From positions 1 to 60,505 of IMG/VR virus record IMGVR_UViG_3300011336_000076: DNA of 60,505 nucleotides; one strand, 5' to 3'. Shown piece by piece: positions 27,551 through 35,248 of this stretch (position 1 is its first letter; each line of letters opens with the position of its first letter). A program made the translations under genes and the position numbers. The notes under the pieces are model-generated. The model ran no database searches and was not told the origin of the DNA. It saw only the letters and a program-made list of their open reading frames with translations. The stretch comes from a virus (Duplodnaviria; Caudoviricetes).

Positions 27551-27978
27551 ATTAGTACCTCGACTAAGGTGTTGCGCGGTTCAAAGTTATAACGTTTCCA
27601 CAAGCGCACAATGGCTTCACGGCCACTACCTTGTATTTTCGTTGCCCCATGTGATTTAAGCAACTGTTTTAACTGCTCAAAAGTAGCTTGGTTGGAAATC
27701 AACTTACCACCAATGCAAGTAACAAACGCTACCCTATGAAGGGGGTAGTTTATAAAGGACACAGTGCAAGCACCGTGGATTTGTTTCTCTTCGTCAATAG
27801 CAACTAACAAAAGCCACTGTCCGGAAGTTACGTACTGTTGTACGTGGTCTATGTTGTAACAATACGCCCAGTCAGGAAAATCATGACCTTTGTTTAACGC
27901 ATCCTCAATGTACGGCTTTACTGTAGGCCATATTTGATGGATGTAGCTTACATCTACTGAACGGATTGTTAGGTTCAT
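27547..27978 (-). CDS. GNAT-like acyltransferase-fold protein
   Basis: IHGACTV...AFVTCIGG...GATKIQGSGR..IVRLWKRYNF; typical position just before podophage ejection genes. Confidence 0.6.
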   Translation of the reverse strand: MNLTIRSVDVSYIHQIWPTVKPYIEDALNKGHDFPDWAYCYNIDHVQQYVTSGQWLLLVAIDEEKQIHGACTVSFINYPLHRVAFVTCIGGKLISNQATFEQLKQLLKSHGATKIQGSGREAIVRLWKRYNFEPRNTLVEVLI

Positions 27979-29393
27979 TCAACATCATCCATCAAAGATG
28001 CAATACCACCTTCAGCACGGCGCATCACGTTAGGGGTGCCACGGAAACCCGAAGATCGACCCACAATAGGAGTTGTTGGGCCAGATGAACGTGGTGTTAC
28101 AGGCTGTGTTGGCCTCTCAGGTGTTGGCTGTTGATAGCTAAATGGCGACTGCATTTGGTATGGATTGTATGACCCAAGTGATTGTTCGTACTGTTGGTAC
28201 GGGTTGTATTGCTGTGGCTGTTGATAGCTCTGTTGTTGGTAGCTAGGCTGATAGCTTTGTTGTTGGTAACTAGGCTGATAGCTCTGTTGTTGGTAACTAG
28301 ACTGATAGCTAGGCTGTTGAAAGCTAAATGGAGTTTGTGGCTGATAACTCGGCTGTTGGAAGCTAAACGGAGTTTGCGTTTGAGTACGGAACAATCCATC
28401 AGGGTATCCACCACTGGAGCCACCACCAAAACCGCCACCAAAAAGACCACCCAAACCGCCGCCAAACCCACCACCAAACCCACCACCATAGCCAGAACTA
28501 TTGGTATAAGGGTTAAACGGTTGTTGTGTCTGTGCTGAAGGCATAGACATCTGAGGGCCGTAGTTGTTTACACCACCCCATGATTGAAAGTCATTACGGT
28601 TAATACCTTTTTCTCGCATGAAATCCAACGTATCACTCATGGATGCGCCTTGAGGATTATCCCGATAATTAGTGTTATAAAAAGTATTAAGCGCACTATT
28701 AACATTGCCACGCGACGTTTGATTTAGTAATGGCGAGTTAACGGGCTGTGTGCCGTATGTGCTGACATCAAATTGCGTAGCAGGACGTGCATAGTTTTGG
28801 TATGACGTGTTGTAGACAGGCTGAAAGAACTGATCAGAACCTGCCATAGGTCTGCCAGTAGGAGAAGTCATACCAGCGTTCTGTACCATTGCGCCCCAGT
28901 TGGCATCAGAGGGTGCACCATACATAGAACTGGCGGAATTTCTAATCTGATCACTGGTAAACCCTTGGTTTAATAGCTCGTTATAAGCAGAACCGGATTG
29001 GCCCCAAGGGGTACCTTTCATGGCGCTTAAAGTAGCCATACCTTGCGGGGTGCTTACACCGGAGCCACTGTAAACACTGGTGTTTCCAGTATTACCAAAG
29101 TTTGTATTTGCGCCAGTATTAGCGGTGTTAGTGTAAGTTGGGGTGTAAACGCTATTACCACCGCCTCCACCAGCATCACCGCCAACACCGGGGCCACCGC
29201 CACCACCAACACCGGGGCCACCGCCACCACCAACACCGCCATCTCCAACGCCCGTCCCCGTACCCCCAATGCCATCGCCGCCATTGGCTGCGCTGGAAGC
29301 ATCACCCCCATCACCGCCACCACCGCCCCCACCGCCGCCAAAGCAACGGCGAACACCACCATGAAAACCATTAAATTTGTTTGGAATGATCAT
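27975..29393 (-). CDS. low-complexity Gly-rich and Gln/Tyr/Ser-rich protein
   Basis: Poly-Gly N-terminus, SYQQQ tandem repeats, C-terminal AEGGIASL. Confidence 0.75.
   Translation of the reverse strand: MIIPNKFNGFHGGVRRCFGGGGGGGGGDGGDASSAANGGDGIGGTGTGVGDGGVGGGGGPGVGGGGGPGVGGDAGGGGGNSVYTPTYTNTANTGANTNFGNTGNTSVYSGSGVSTPQGMATLSAMKGTPWGQSGSAYNELLNQGFTSDQIRNSASSMYGAPSDANWGAMVQNAGMTSPTGRPMAGSDQFFQPVYNTSYQNYARPATQFDVSTYGTQPVNSPLLNQTSRGNVNSALNTFYNTNYRDNPQGASMSDTLDFMREKGINRNDFQSWGGVNNYGPQMSMPSAQTQQPFNPYTNSSGYGGGFGGGFGGGLGGLFGGGFGGGSSGGYPDGLFRTQTQTPFSFQQPSYQPQTPFSFQQPSYQSSYQQQSYQPSYQQQSYQPSYQQQSYQQPQQYNPYQQYEQSLGSYNPYQMQSPFSYQQPTPERPTQPVTPRSSGPTTPIVGRSSGFRGTPNVMRRAEGGIASLMDDVE
28222..28313. repeat. 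27-bp tandem repeats encoding SYQQQSYQP
   Basis: About three imperfect copies of TGTTGTTGGTA(G/A)CTAG(G/A)CTGATAGCT. Confidence 0.8.
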
Positions 29394-29402
29394 GGCTGTT
29401 CC

Positions 29403-30449
29403 TTATGCGTATGTGGGCATGTACTTGCGTGGATCAATCTCTTTACCCTGAGACTTACGGCCAGTACGTGCAGTACGCACTTTGTCCATCATGGCGTAGA
29501 GTTGTTTGGCACCTGCATCAGAGGAGCCATTACCAAGGTGGGAAACCACATCGGCGGGAACCACAAACTCTTCAGTAGCTAAACGAGCGGGGCGCTTACC
29601 TGCAATACTTGCAGGGATGCTGTCAGACATGCCATCACCGGGGCCTTTGAGCATACGACCACCACGTGCATAGTCTGAGTAGCTACCCAGATCAGAGATG
29701 CCACCACGAGCCATATTAGAAGAATACATAGGTTGTTCACCAACCATGCGGTCATAACCACTTGCACCTAGATCAGCAATACCACCTTCAGCATAAGGCA
29801 CGGGGGCACGATAGTTTTCGCTAAGACGGAAACGTTTAAGAGGGCCGTTGTATTCTTCAGGGGCATAAGGGTCTTCTCTTCCACCCATTGCACCTGCTAT
29901 ACCAGCGGAGGCGGCAGTAAAAGGATTAGCTTTTAAAGATGCCATCGGGTCACTGGCAAACTTAGCCATCCCCTCACCAAAAGTTGACGGAACCGCAGGG
30001 GCAGTTACTGGAGTTGGTGTAGGTACAAACGGAGAGGTAGAAGCGGCGGGTAAGCCAGAAATGCCTGCACCACCTAAATTCCCCGTAAGCGGAAGTGCTT
30101 GATTCATTGCCGCATTTGTAGCGGCAGTAGTGTTTGCTAGTTGGCTGGCCTGTGCAAAACTTTGACCCGCCGGAAGCCCTGTAGTAGCTATTGGATTAGC
30201 CGCCATAGTTGACGCAGGTAAAGCCTGTGCCATTGCCGCATTTGTAGCCGCCTCAGTACCCGCAGTAGCCAAAGCCGCTTCTGTACCAGCCGCGCCAGCC
30301 CCACCCAAAGCACCACCAATACCTGCACCAGCACCGCCGGTCAAGCCGCCGAGGAGAGCACCTTTAAGAGGGTCGCCACCAGTTATAGCGGCAGAGCCAC
30401 CACCCATTGCCGCGCCAAGCAGCATCGCTTCACCGACTCCAGTACCCAT
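29403..30449 (-). CDS. putative internal virion protein
   Basis: Gly/Ala hydrophobic N-terminus; AxGG repeats; C-terminal GPGDGMSDSIPA...EFVVPADVV domain. Confidence 0.75.
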   Translation of the reverse strand: MGTGVGEAMLLGAAMGGGSAAITGGDPLKGALLGGLTGGAGAGIGGALGGAGAAGTEAALATAGTEAATNAAMAQALPASTMAANPIATTGLPAGQSFAQASQLANTTAATNAAMNQALPLTGNLGGAGISGLPAASTSPFVPTPTPVTAPAVPSTFGEGMAKFASDPMASLKANPFTAASAGIAGAMGGREDPYAPEEYNGPLKRFRLSENYRAPVPYAEGGIADLGASGYDRMVGEQPMYSSNMARGGISDLGSYSDYARGGRMLKGPGDGMSDSIPASIAGKRPARLATEEFVVPADVVSHLGNGSSDAGAKQLYAMMDKVRTARTGRKSQGKEIDPRKYMPTYA

Positions 30450-30483
30450 AATACGCTCCTCTATGTTTTGTCATATTCTAGTG

Positions 30484-30879
30484 TTAAGGGGTCATTGTGC
30501 CAACTGCCCCAGCCCCAGAAACACCAGTTAAATTTTTAGTAATTGTGCCGCCAACAGGCCCAACACTACCAACTGCCCCCGTACCCTGTACACCAACCAA
30601 GTCAATAGGAACTTTAATACGCAATACGTTTGTGCCAGATTGCAGTGTACCGCCTTGTGTATCCCTGTAAACATCTCCGTAACGCAAACTATTGTAGTCC
30701 GCATCAGTTGGAAGTGTGCGTAAGTCAAGATTCAAACTTGCTAGATTAAGTTGTTGTACCGTGTTGATGGTATTGAAAAACAACCGGATCACGTTACTAA
30801 ACGCATTCATGTACGTTTGGTCATACTCTTTAGGTGCTTGCGGTATGTTAGGTGAAGACCGATTCTGAAGCATGGACAT
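30484..30879 (-). CDS. hypothetical virion protein
   Basis: P.AP.EYD motif; C-terminal LTGVSGAGAVG repeats like those of 37498-38190. Confidence 0.7.
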   Translation of the reverse strand: MSMLQNRSSPNIPQAPKEYDQTYMNAFSNVIRLFFNTINTVQQLNLASLNLDLRTLPTDADYNSLRYGDVYRDTQGGTLQSGTNVLRIKVPIDLVGVQGTGAVGSVGPVGGTITKNLTGVSGAGAVGTMTP

Positions 30880-30882
30880 AGG

Positions 30883-32994
30883 TTATCTCCTACCGTCCGC
30901 TTTGATATCTAATCTTGGCGCACCCAACTGCCATGTGGTGCCAATCTGAGTAGACGCAATCTTAAAGATTAACTGACGACCACGAACACGGGTATAAATT
31001 TGCCCCGTATATTCTTCAGTAATGTTATATGTTGCGCCTTTAGTAACGCTTGCACTACCTACATTCCCTGTGCCAGAGCCAGAGTTTTGTAATGGATACA
31101 AAGTCATAGCTACTGCGGCGGCACCGCCCGTTGTTGGATCAGTAGTTGAATTCTCAAATGTTAAGTCGGGCAATATACGCCATACATAACCAAAGTTATG
31201 ACCATCACCAATGTCAAATTCAGAAGAAGAAATGTAAGCTGGCAACGCAGTCAAGTTACCCAACACAAAAGCATCTACACCATCTTCATGTTGTACAAGT
31301 TCACTATCGTATGTAGCGGCAACGGGTAAAGGTAACAAACCTGAATCTAACCAAGCGGTACGTCCCATACTGCCATAACTCCAAACGTTTTCTACATAGT
31401 TATAAATAACGTACTTATCAATTACAGTCGAATTGGCAGAGCAATAGAACCACCAAATCTCATTAAAGCCTTCGTTAGTACCGGCATAAACTTGTTGAGC
31501 TTGTAAAACATTAAAGTCTTGGAAAATATAACGGCGCAAGTCACAGTTCAGTGTTTGTACACGGCCATCATATTTATAGAATTTATCTACACCCATCCAG
31601 TAGACAGCACCCGATGCAATCACAGCGGCATTAGGGCCAACAACAGATACGTTATCTGCAATAAGTTGTGCTGTCCACACAAAAGGTGGGCCTACGTACT
31701 GCAATGAATACAGTGATGAATCTGTAAACACCACAATCTCTTGACGAGACTGTACGGCAGTAACAATTTCAGAACCATGTGAAAGGCGCAAACTACCTGC
31801 TTGGTTTGTAGCCTGTGGAGTCCATGTGTATGGATCATCTGAATCAGACCAGCGGATCAACATAGGATCAAGGTAAGAAGTACCATAATCATTTGTACCA
31901 AATACCAACACAAACCGGCTGGCGTCCGATACAAGTAAATAGTTTTGGAACAAAGGAGCATCGTCGTCTCCCGCATCAGCCAAATCAATACCACGTTGAG
32001 AAATACGTTGAGTACCAGACTGACCACCAGAAGTTGTAATTGGTGAACCTGCGATGGTTGTAGATACGTTAAATGTGCCGCCTGTAGAGTTCACTACAAA
32101 ATAAACTTGGCCAACAGTTAAGCCTGTGGGTAATGCGCCTGTAGAGGTAAATGAAATTGAAGTGCCATCAGGAAAAGAGAATCCAGCAGGTAAAGTAATA
32201 ACACCCGGCGAGGCAATTGAAATTGTAATTTGAATAGCTGAGTAACCTACGTTGGCACTCCAATAATAAACGCCTTGGCCACGTGGGCCATAAATTAAAT
32301 CTTCACCAAAGTTTTGTTGGTTCCAAATATAAAGAGCAGTTGAAGTGCCTTGACCATTACCCCAAGTACCGCCACCCCAAGGGCCAGCACCCCAACCAAC
32401 CAAAGGCACTTGGTACGAAGCCCCAGTATTAACTTCGTATTGCGTTACGACCGTACCACCCCCGGGGGAACCCGAAGCATCCGTAGCATTTGCCGTAGCA
32501 GACACAGTAATTGTGTAGTTGTCATCATCAACAAACGTAATTTGAAACGTGCCCGTTAGCACTGCGGTAGTAATGTTACCGCCAAGCCCTGTAATACCTG
32601 CACCACTGTAAATAACGGTGTCTCCATCTGCGCACCCATTATTGACCTCAAAAACCGCTATAACATTTGAGCCAGCAGTTGCGGTAAACGGATTGGTTAA
32701 CGTGATGGTTTTACGGATCGGGGTGATGTCGTAATATGCACCGCCATTAAGGATGTAGAAATAAAGATTGGTGCCAACACCTACTAAACTCTCACCAGCA
32801 AGAGTAATCCAATTCCACAAAGAACGGCAAATCCCTAAAAAAGTACCACCCGCAAACGGAGTCCAGCCACCAATTTTTTCAGGATTGCCTTGGCGAAAAC
32901 GAATTTTGTCGCCTTCATACCAGCCACCTTCAGTGGTGTACCGTGTATTTTCCCGGTTGACGCCCGGTTTAAACAGGAATTTTTGTAGTGGCAT
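30883..32994 (-). CDS. tail nozzle / packaged-DNA stabilization protein
   Basis: KPGVNRE..Y..EGGW...DKIRFR, IRWSD, EIWWFY; Trp-rich beta-propeller-like composition. Confidence 0.75.
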   Translation of the reverse strand: MPLQKFLFKPGVNRENTRYTTEGGWYEGDKIRFRQGNPEKIGGWTPFAGGTFLGICRSLWNWITLAGESLVGVGTNLYFYILNGGAYYDITPIRKTITLTNPFTATAGSNVIAVFEVNNGCADGDTVIYSGAGITGLGGNITTAVLTGTFQITFVDDDNYTITVSATANATDASGSPGGGTVVTQYEVNTGASYQVPLVGWGAGPWGGGTWGNGQGTSTALYIWNQQNFGEDLIYGPRGQGVYYWSANVGYSAIQITISIASPGVITLPAGFSFPDGTSISFTSTGALPTGLTVGQVYFVVNSTGGTFNVSTTIAGSPITTSGGQSGTQRISQRGIDLADAGDDDAPLFQNYLLVSDASRFVLVFGTNDYGTSYLDPMLIRWSDSDDPYTWTPQATNQAGSLRLSHGSEIVTAVQSRQEIVVFTDSSLYSLQYVGPPFVWTAQLIADNVSVVGPNAAVIASGAVYWMGVDKFYKYDGRVQTLNCDLRRYIFQDFNVLQAQQVYAGTNEGFNEIWWFYCSANSTVIDKYVIYNYVENVWSYGSMGRTAWLDSGLLPLPVAATYDSELVQHEDGVDAFVLGNLTALPAYISSSEFDIGDGHNFGYVWRILPDLTFENSTTDPTTGGAAAVAMTLYPLQNSGSGTGNVGSASVTKGATYNITEEYTGQIYTRVRGRQLIFKIASTQIGTTWQLGAPRLDIKADGRR

Positions 32995-33002
32995 CGGCAG
33001 TC

Positions 33003-33479
33003 CTAGGATAGAAACACGGCTCGTTCGTCAATACGACGTTTCTGTAGCCCTTTGAGTATTTTGCCACCAGCCATGCAATACTTCAAGAGTTCTTCTGCCG
33101 CGCCTTCCATATCACCACGCAATACCTTTTGGCGCATAGTTGAACGCTGGAGTGTGCCTAGCCCAACGTTAAAAGAAAAGGATACCAACGCATCAAACTG
33201 TCCTTGAGTAAGAGGAACAGGACAATAAGTAGCCACTCCCTTCTCAAACCTAGCAAGATCGGCCCTAAGTATCGCATCGACTTCCTCCATGCTGTATTTA
33301 CGCATTGCGTCTGGTGGGGGTACAAAAGCGTCCCGTTGGTCTATTTTGAGTTTGCCCTGTTCTGGAAAAAGTACATGCCCAACGCCCACCGTCCAAAGTT
33401 TTGCTGGACATTTATACGGGTTTTGCCTGACCCCCTCGTGATGGCGAATCATGTGCAGGCACTTGTCTGAGATGTTCAT
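33003..33479 (-). CDS. endolysin, GH24 lysozyme
   Basis: HEG...Y.C....WTVGVGH, QFDALVSFSFNVG, GLQKRR..E. Confidence 0.95.
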   Translation of the reverse strand: MNISDKCLHMIRHHEGVRQNPYKCPAKLWTVGVGHVLFPEQGKLKIDQRDAFVPPPDAMRKYSMEEVDAILRADLARFEKGVATYCPVPLTQGQFDALVSFSFNVGLGTLQRSTMRQKVLRGDMEGAAEELLKYCMAGGKILKGLQKRRIDERAVFLS

Positions 33480-33991
33480 TTACCAAAAGCCCGACCACCA
33501 AAGTGGAAAGCAATGATTGAAGCAAACAGGGCTTGGGTTTCTGTATCCCATAGCATTTCTAACAGGTCATTAAATGGCACGCTCATGTAGTAGCCGTACC
33601 AGAAGCCCCCAATATCCACAAAGACCAAGAGAAAAAAGAAGCCGTATGTAATAACTGGGCGAACGCTGGCGCGGAGGTTTTTCATCCATTGTGATGTTCC
33701 CTCGTTTAAACTTGCGTCATGGGCGTAGATGGCCTGCATCTCAGCTTGCTGTGCCCCTATAAGAACTTGTTGTGTGTTAGCTGCACTCTCAGTTGCCAGT
33801 TGGTCTGAACGGATGTTTTCAATACGCTCCTGCGCTTCAAAGCCTGCTTTACGCAGTTCTAGCTCACGTTCAATCTGCAACCGAGCAAGCGCCAACTCAT
33901 GGGCTTTATCTTGTCTTGCTTGGAAAAACTCTAGCAACTTGGGTAGACCACCCATCAGGAACGAGATTAAAGTTGAGAGAAGAGTTAGCAT
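33476..33991 (-). CDS. holin-like membrane protein (3TM-holin-like)
   Basis: ASVRPVITY, hydrophobic helices, FHFGGR C-terminus; adjacent to the endolysin. Confidence 0.7.
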   Translation of the reverse strand: MLTLLSTLISFLMGGLPKLLEFFQARQDKAHELALARLQIERELELRKAGFEAQERIENIRSDQLATESAANTQQVLIGAQQAEMQAIYAHDASLNEGTSQWMKNLRASVRPVITYGFFFLLVFVDIGGFWYGYYMSVPFNDLLEMLWDTETQALFASIIAFHFGGRAFGK

Positions 33992-34269
33992 TTGCCATCC
34001 TTTTTAGAGTCTTCATTTTGCATGAGTTTGATACCACTCAGGAACCCAATCATGCCGCCGATAAGAGTAGAAAAAGCGGGTGAAATCATCTTGAAGATTT
34101 CTGCGTTGTCCACTTCTTTGGCCCAAAGGCCAAGCATAAAGCTGACCACCATAGCCAAAACAGAGATGCACAGGGTGCTGCTGACCATCAACGTAACCCA
34201 CAGCGTCAGCTTTTCCTTTGTCTCCATTTGAGGCTTCCTGACTGGTCTTGGTATTGGCTTCTTGGTCAT
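33985..34269 (-). CDS. two-TM membrane protein of the lysis region
   Basis: Two hydrophobic segments. Confidence 0.7.
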   Translation of the reverse strand: MTKKPIPRPVRKPQMETKEKLTLWVTLMVSSTLCISVLAMVVSFMLGLWAKEVDNAEIFKMISPAFSTLIGGMIGFLSGIKLMQNEDSKKDGKC

Positions 34270-34505
34270 ACATAAATGTCCAGCTTACGGTTTGTAAATA
34301 TCTCAAGTCTAAGTTGGTTGCGTTCTGCCTTCTTTACGTACAACTCAAACTCAAGATCATCAATTTTGTCCTTTACCTTTTTCATCTTCAACGCTTGCTT
34401 GTATTCCTCTTCAAGCCGTTCTGTTCTGCGTTCAAGTGCATCCGTTTTAGTCGGGTAGTCGGCGACATCCAGCATTGGATACCACTTGTGTATGGGCGGA
34501 ATCAT
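34266..34505 (-). CDS. hypothetical protein
   Basis: Coupled ORF with coiled-coil character. Confidence 0.65.
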   Translation of the reverse strand: MIPPIHKWYPMLDVADYPTKTDALERRTERLEEEYKQALKMKKVKDKIDDLEFELYVKKAERNQLRLEIFTNRKLDIYV

Positions 34506-34789
34506 TTTTTTTCACGCTCAAGTGCATCTTTGTATCCATGAACAACTTTATTACGCAACCATGTGGAATCGGCGGCACCCGCCCACTCGGACAGGTTGTT
34601 CCAGATCACCACGTATTCTGTTGATTTGCAATGGCCTGCGTTCTGATCCAGCCACGCCATCATTTCTTTGTGCCGCAATGTAGGGTCGTGAACGGTGTAG
34701 GCTATCCCATAAAACTCGCGCACATGACAGCCATTCTTGGCTACGGCTCCGACCAGCCCCAACAGCAGTAACAGAATGAGCCAGCGCAT
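34502..34789 (-). CDS. putative exported protein
   Basis: Signal-peptide-like MRWLILLLLLGLVGAVA; two Cys. Confidence 0.7.
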   Translation of the reverse strand: MRWLILLLLLGLVGAVAKNGCHVREFYGIAYTVHDPTLRHKEMMAWLDQNAGHCKSTEYVVIWNNLSEWAGAADSTWLRNKVVHGYKDALEREKK

Positions 34790-34885
34790 TTACCACATCC
34801 AGCCCCATGCAATCATGTATGTTCCAAAAATCACAAAGGCAGCTATACAGGCCGCTGCAATCAATGCCTCGGCCCAGTCCCACAT
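34790..34885 (-). CDS. 31-aa hydrophobic peptide (MWDWAEALIAAACIAAFVIFGTYMIAWGWMW)
   Basis: Read by hand; fills the gap between neighbouring genes. Confidence 0.5.
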   Translation of the reverse strand: MWDWAEALIAAACIAAFVIFGTYMIAWGWMW

Positions 34886-34888
34886 GAT

Positions 34889-35035
34889 TTACTCAGGTGC
34901 AGGCTCTTTGGGAACCTGTGCTTCAGCCTGCTCTTTGATCTTGAGAATCAGAGGCCAGACACCCGTTTTACTGGGCAACTCGCCAAGCGTCTGTAAGATG
35001 AAATTGATCTCGTTGATGTCTAGTTCTAGCTTCAT
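34889..35035 (-). CDS. small tail-fibre-associated protein (48 aa, MKLELDINEINFILQTLGELP...)
   Basis: Read by hand; overlaps the upstream stop; resembles small ORFs that follow tail fibres. Confidence 0.65.
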   Translation of the reverse strand: MKLELDINEINFILQTLGELPSKTGVWPLILKIKEQAEAQVPKEPAPE

Positions 35036-35247
35036 GCTGCGGCCTGTTGTAGAGGTGCAAGGTTTTCTGTTGTCCAGAAGTCTTTAGCCAACATGATTTT
35101 CAAATGTTCTTTGTTGCGTGATAGGCAATCAGCCCAATCAGCATCAGTCATGTTCTCTGGCTTGCCACCATTGATTAGGTTTACGCTATCCATTGCGGCA
35201 GAGTAATGCTTGGCAATTTGTTCGGGTGTTGGTGTATCAGTAATCAT
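35032..35247 (-). CDS. tail-fibre-associated small protein
   Basis: AAGGA RBS; HYSAAMDSVNLI...RNKEHLKIM. Confidence 0.7.
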   Translation of the reverse strand: MITDTPTPEQIAKHYSAAMDSVNLINGGKPENMTDADWADCLSRNKEHLKIMLAKDFWTTENLAPLQQAAA

Positions 35248-35248
35248 T

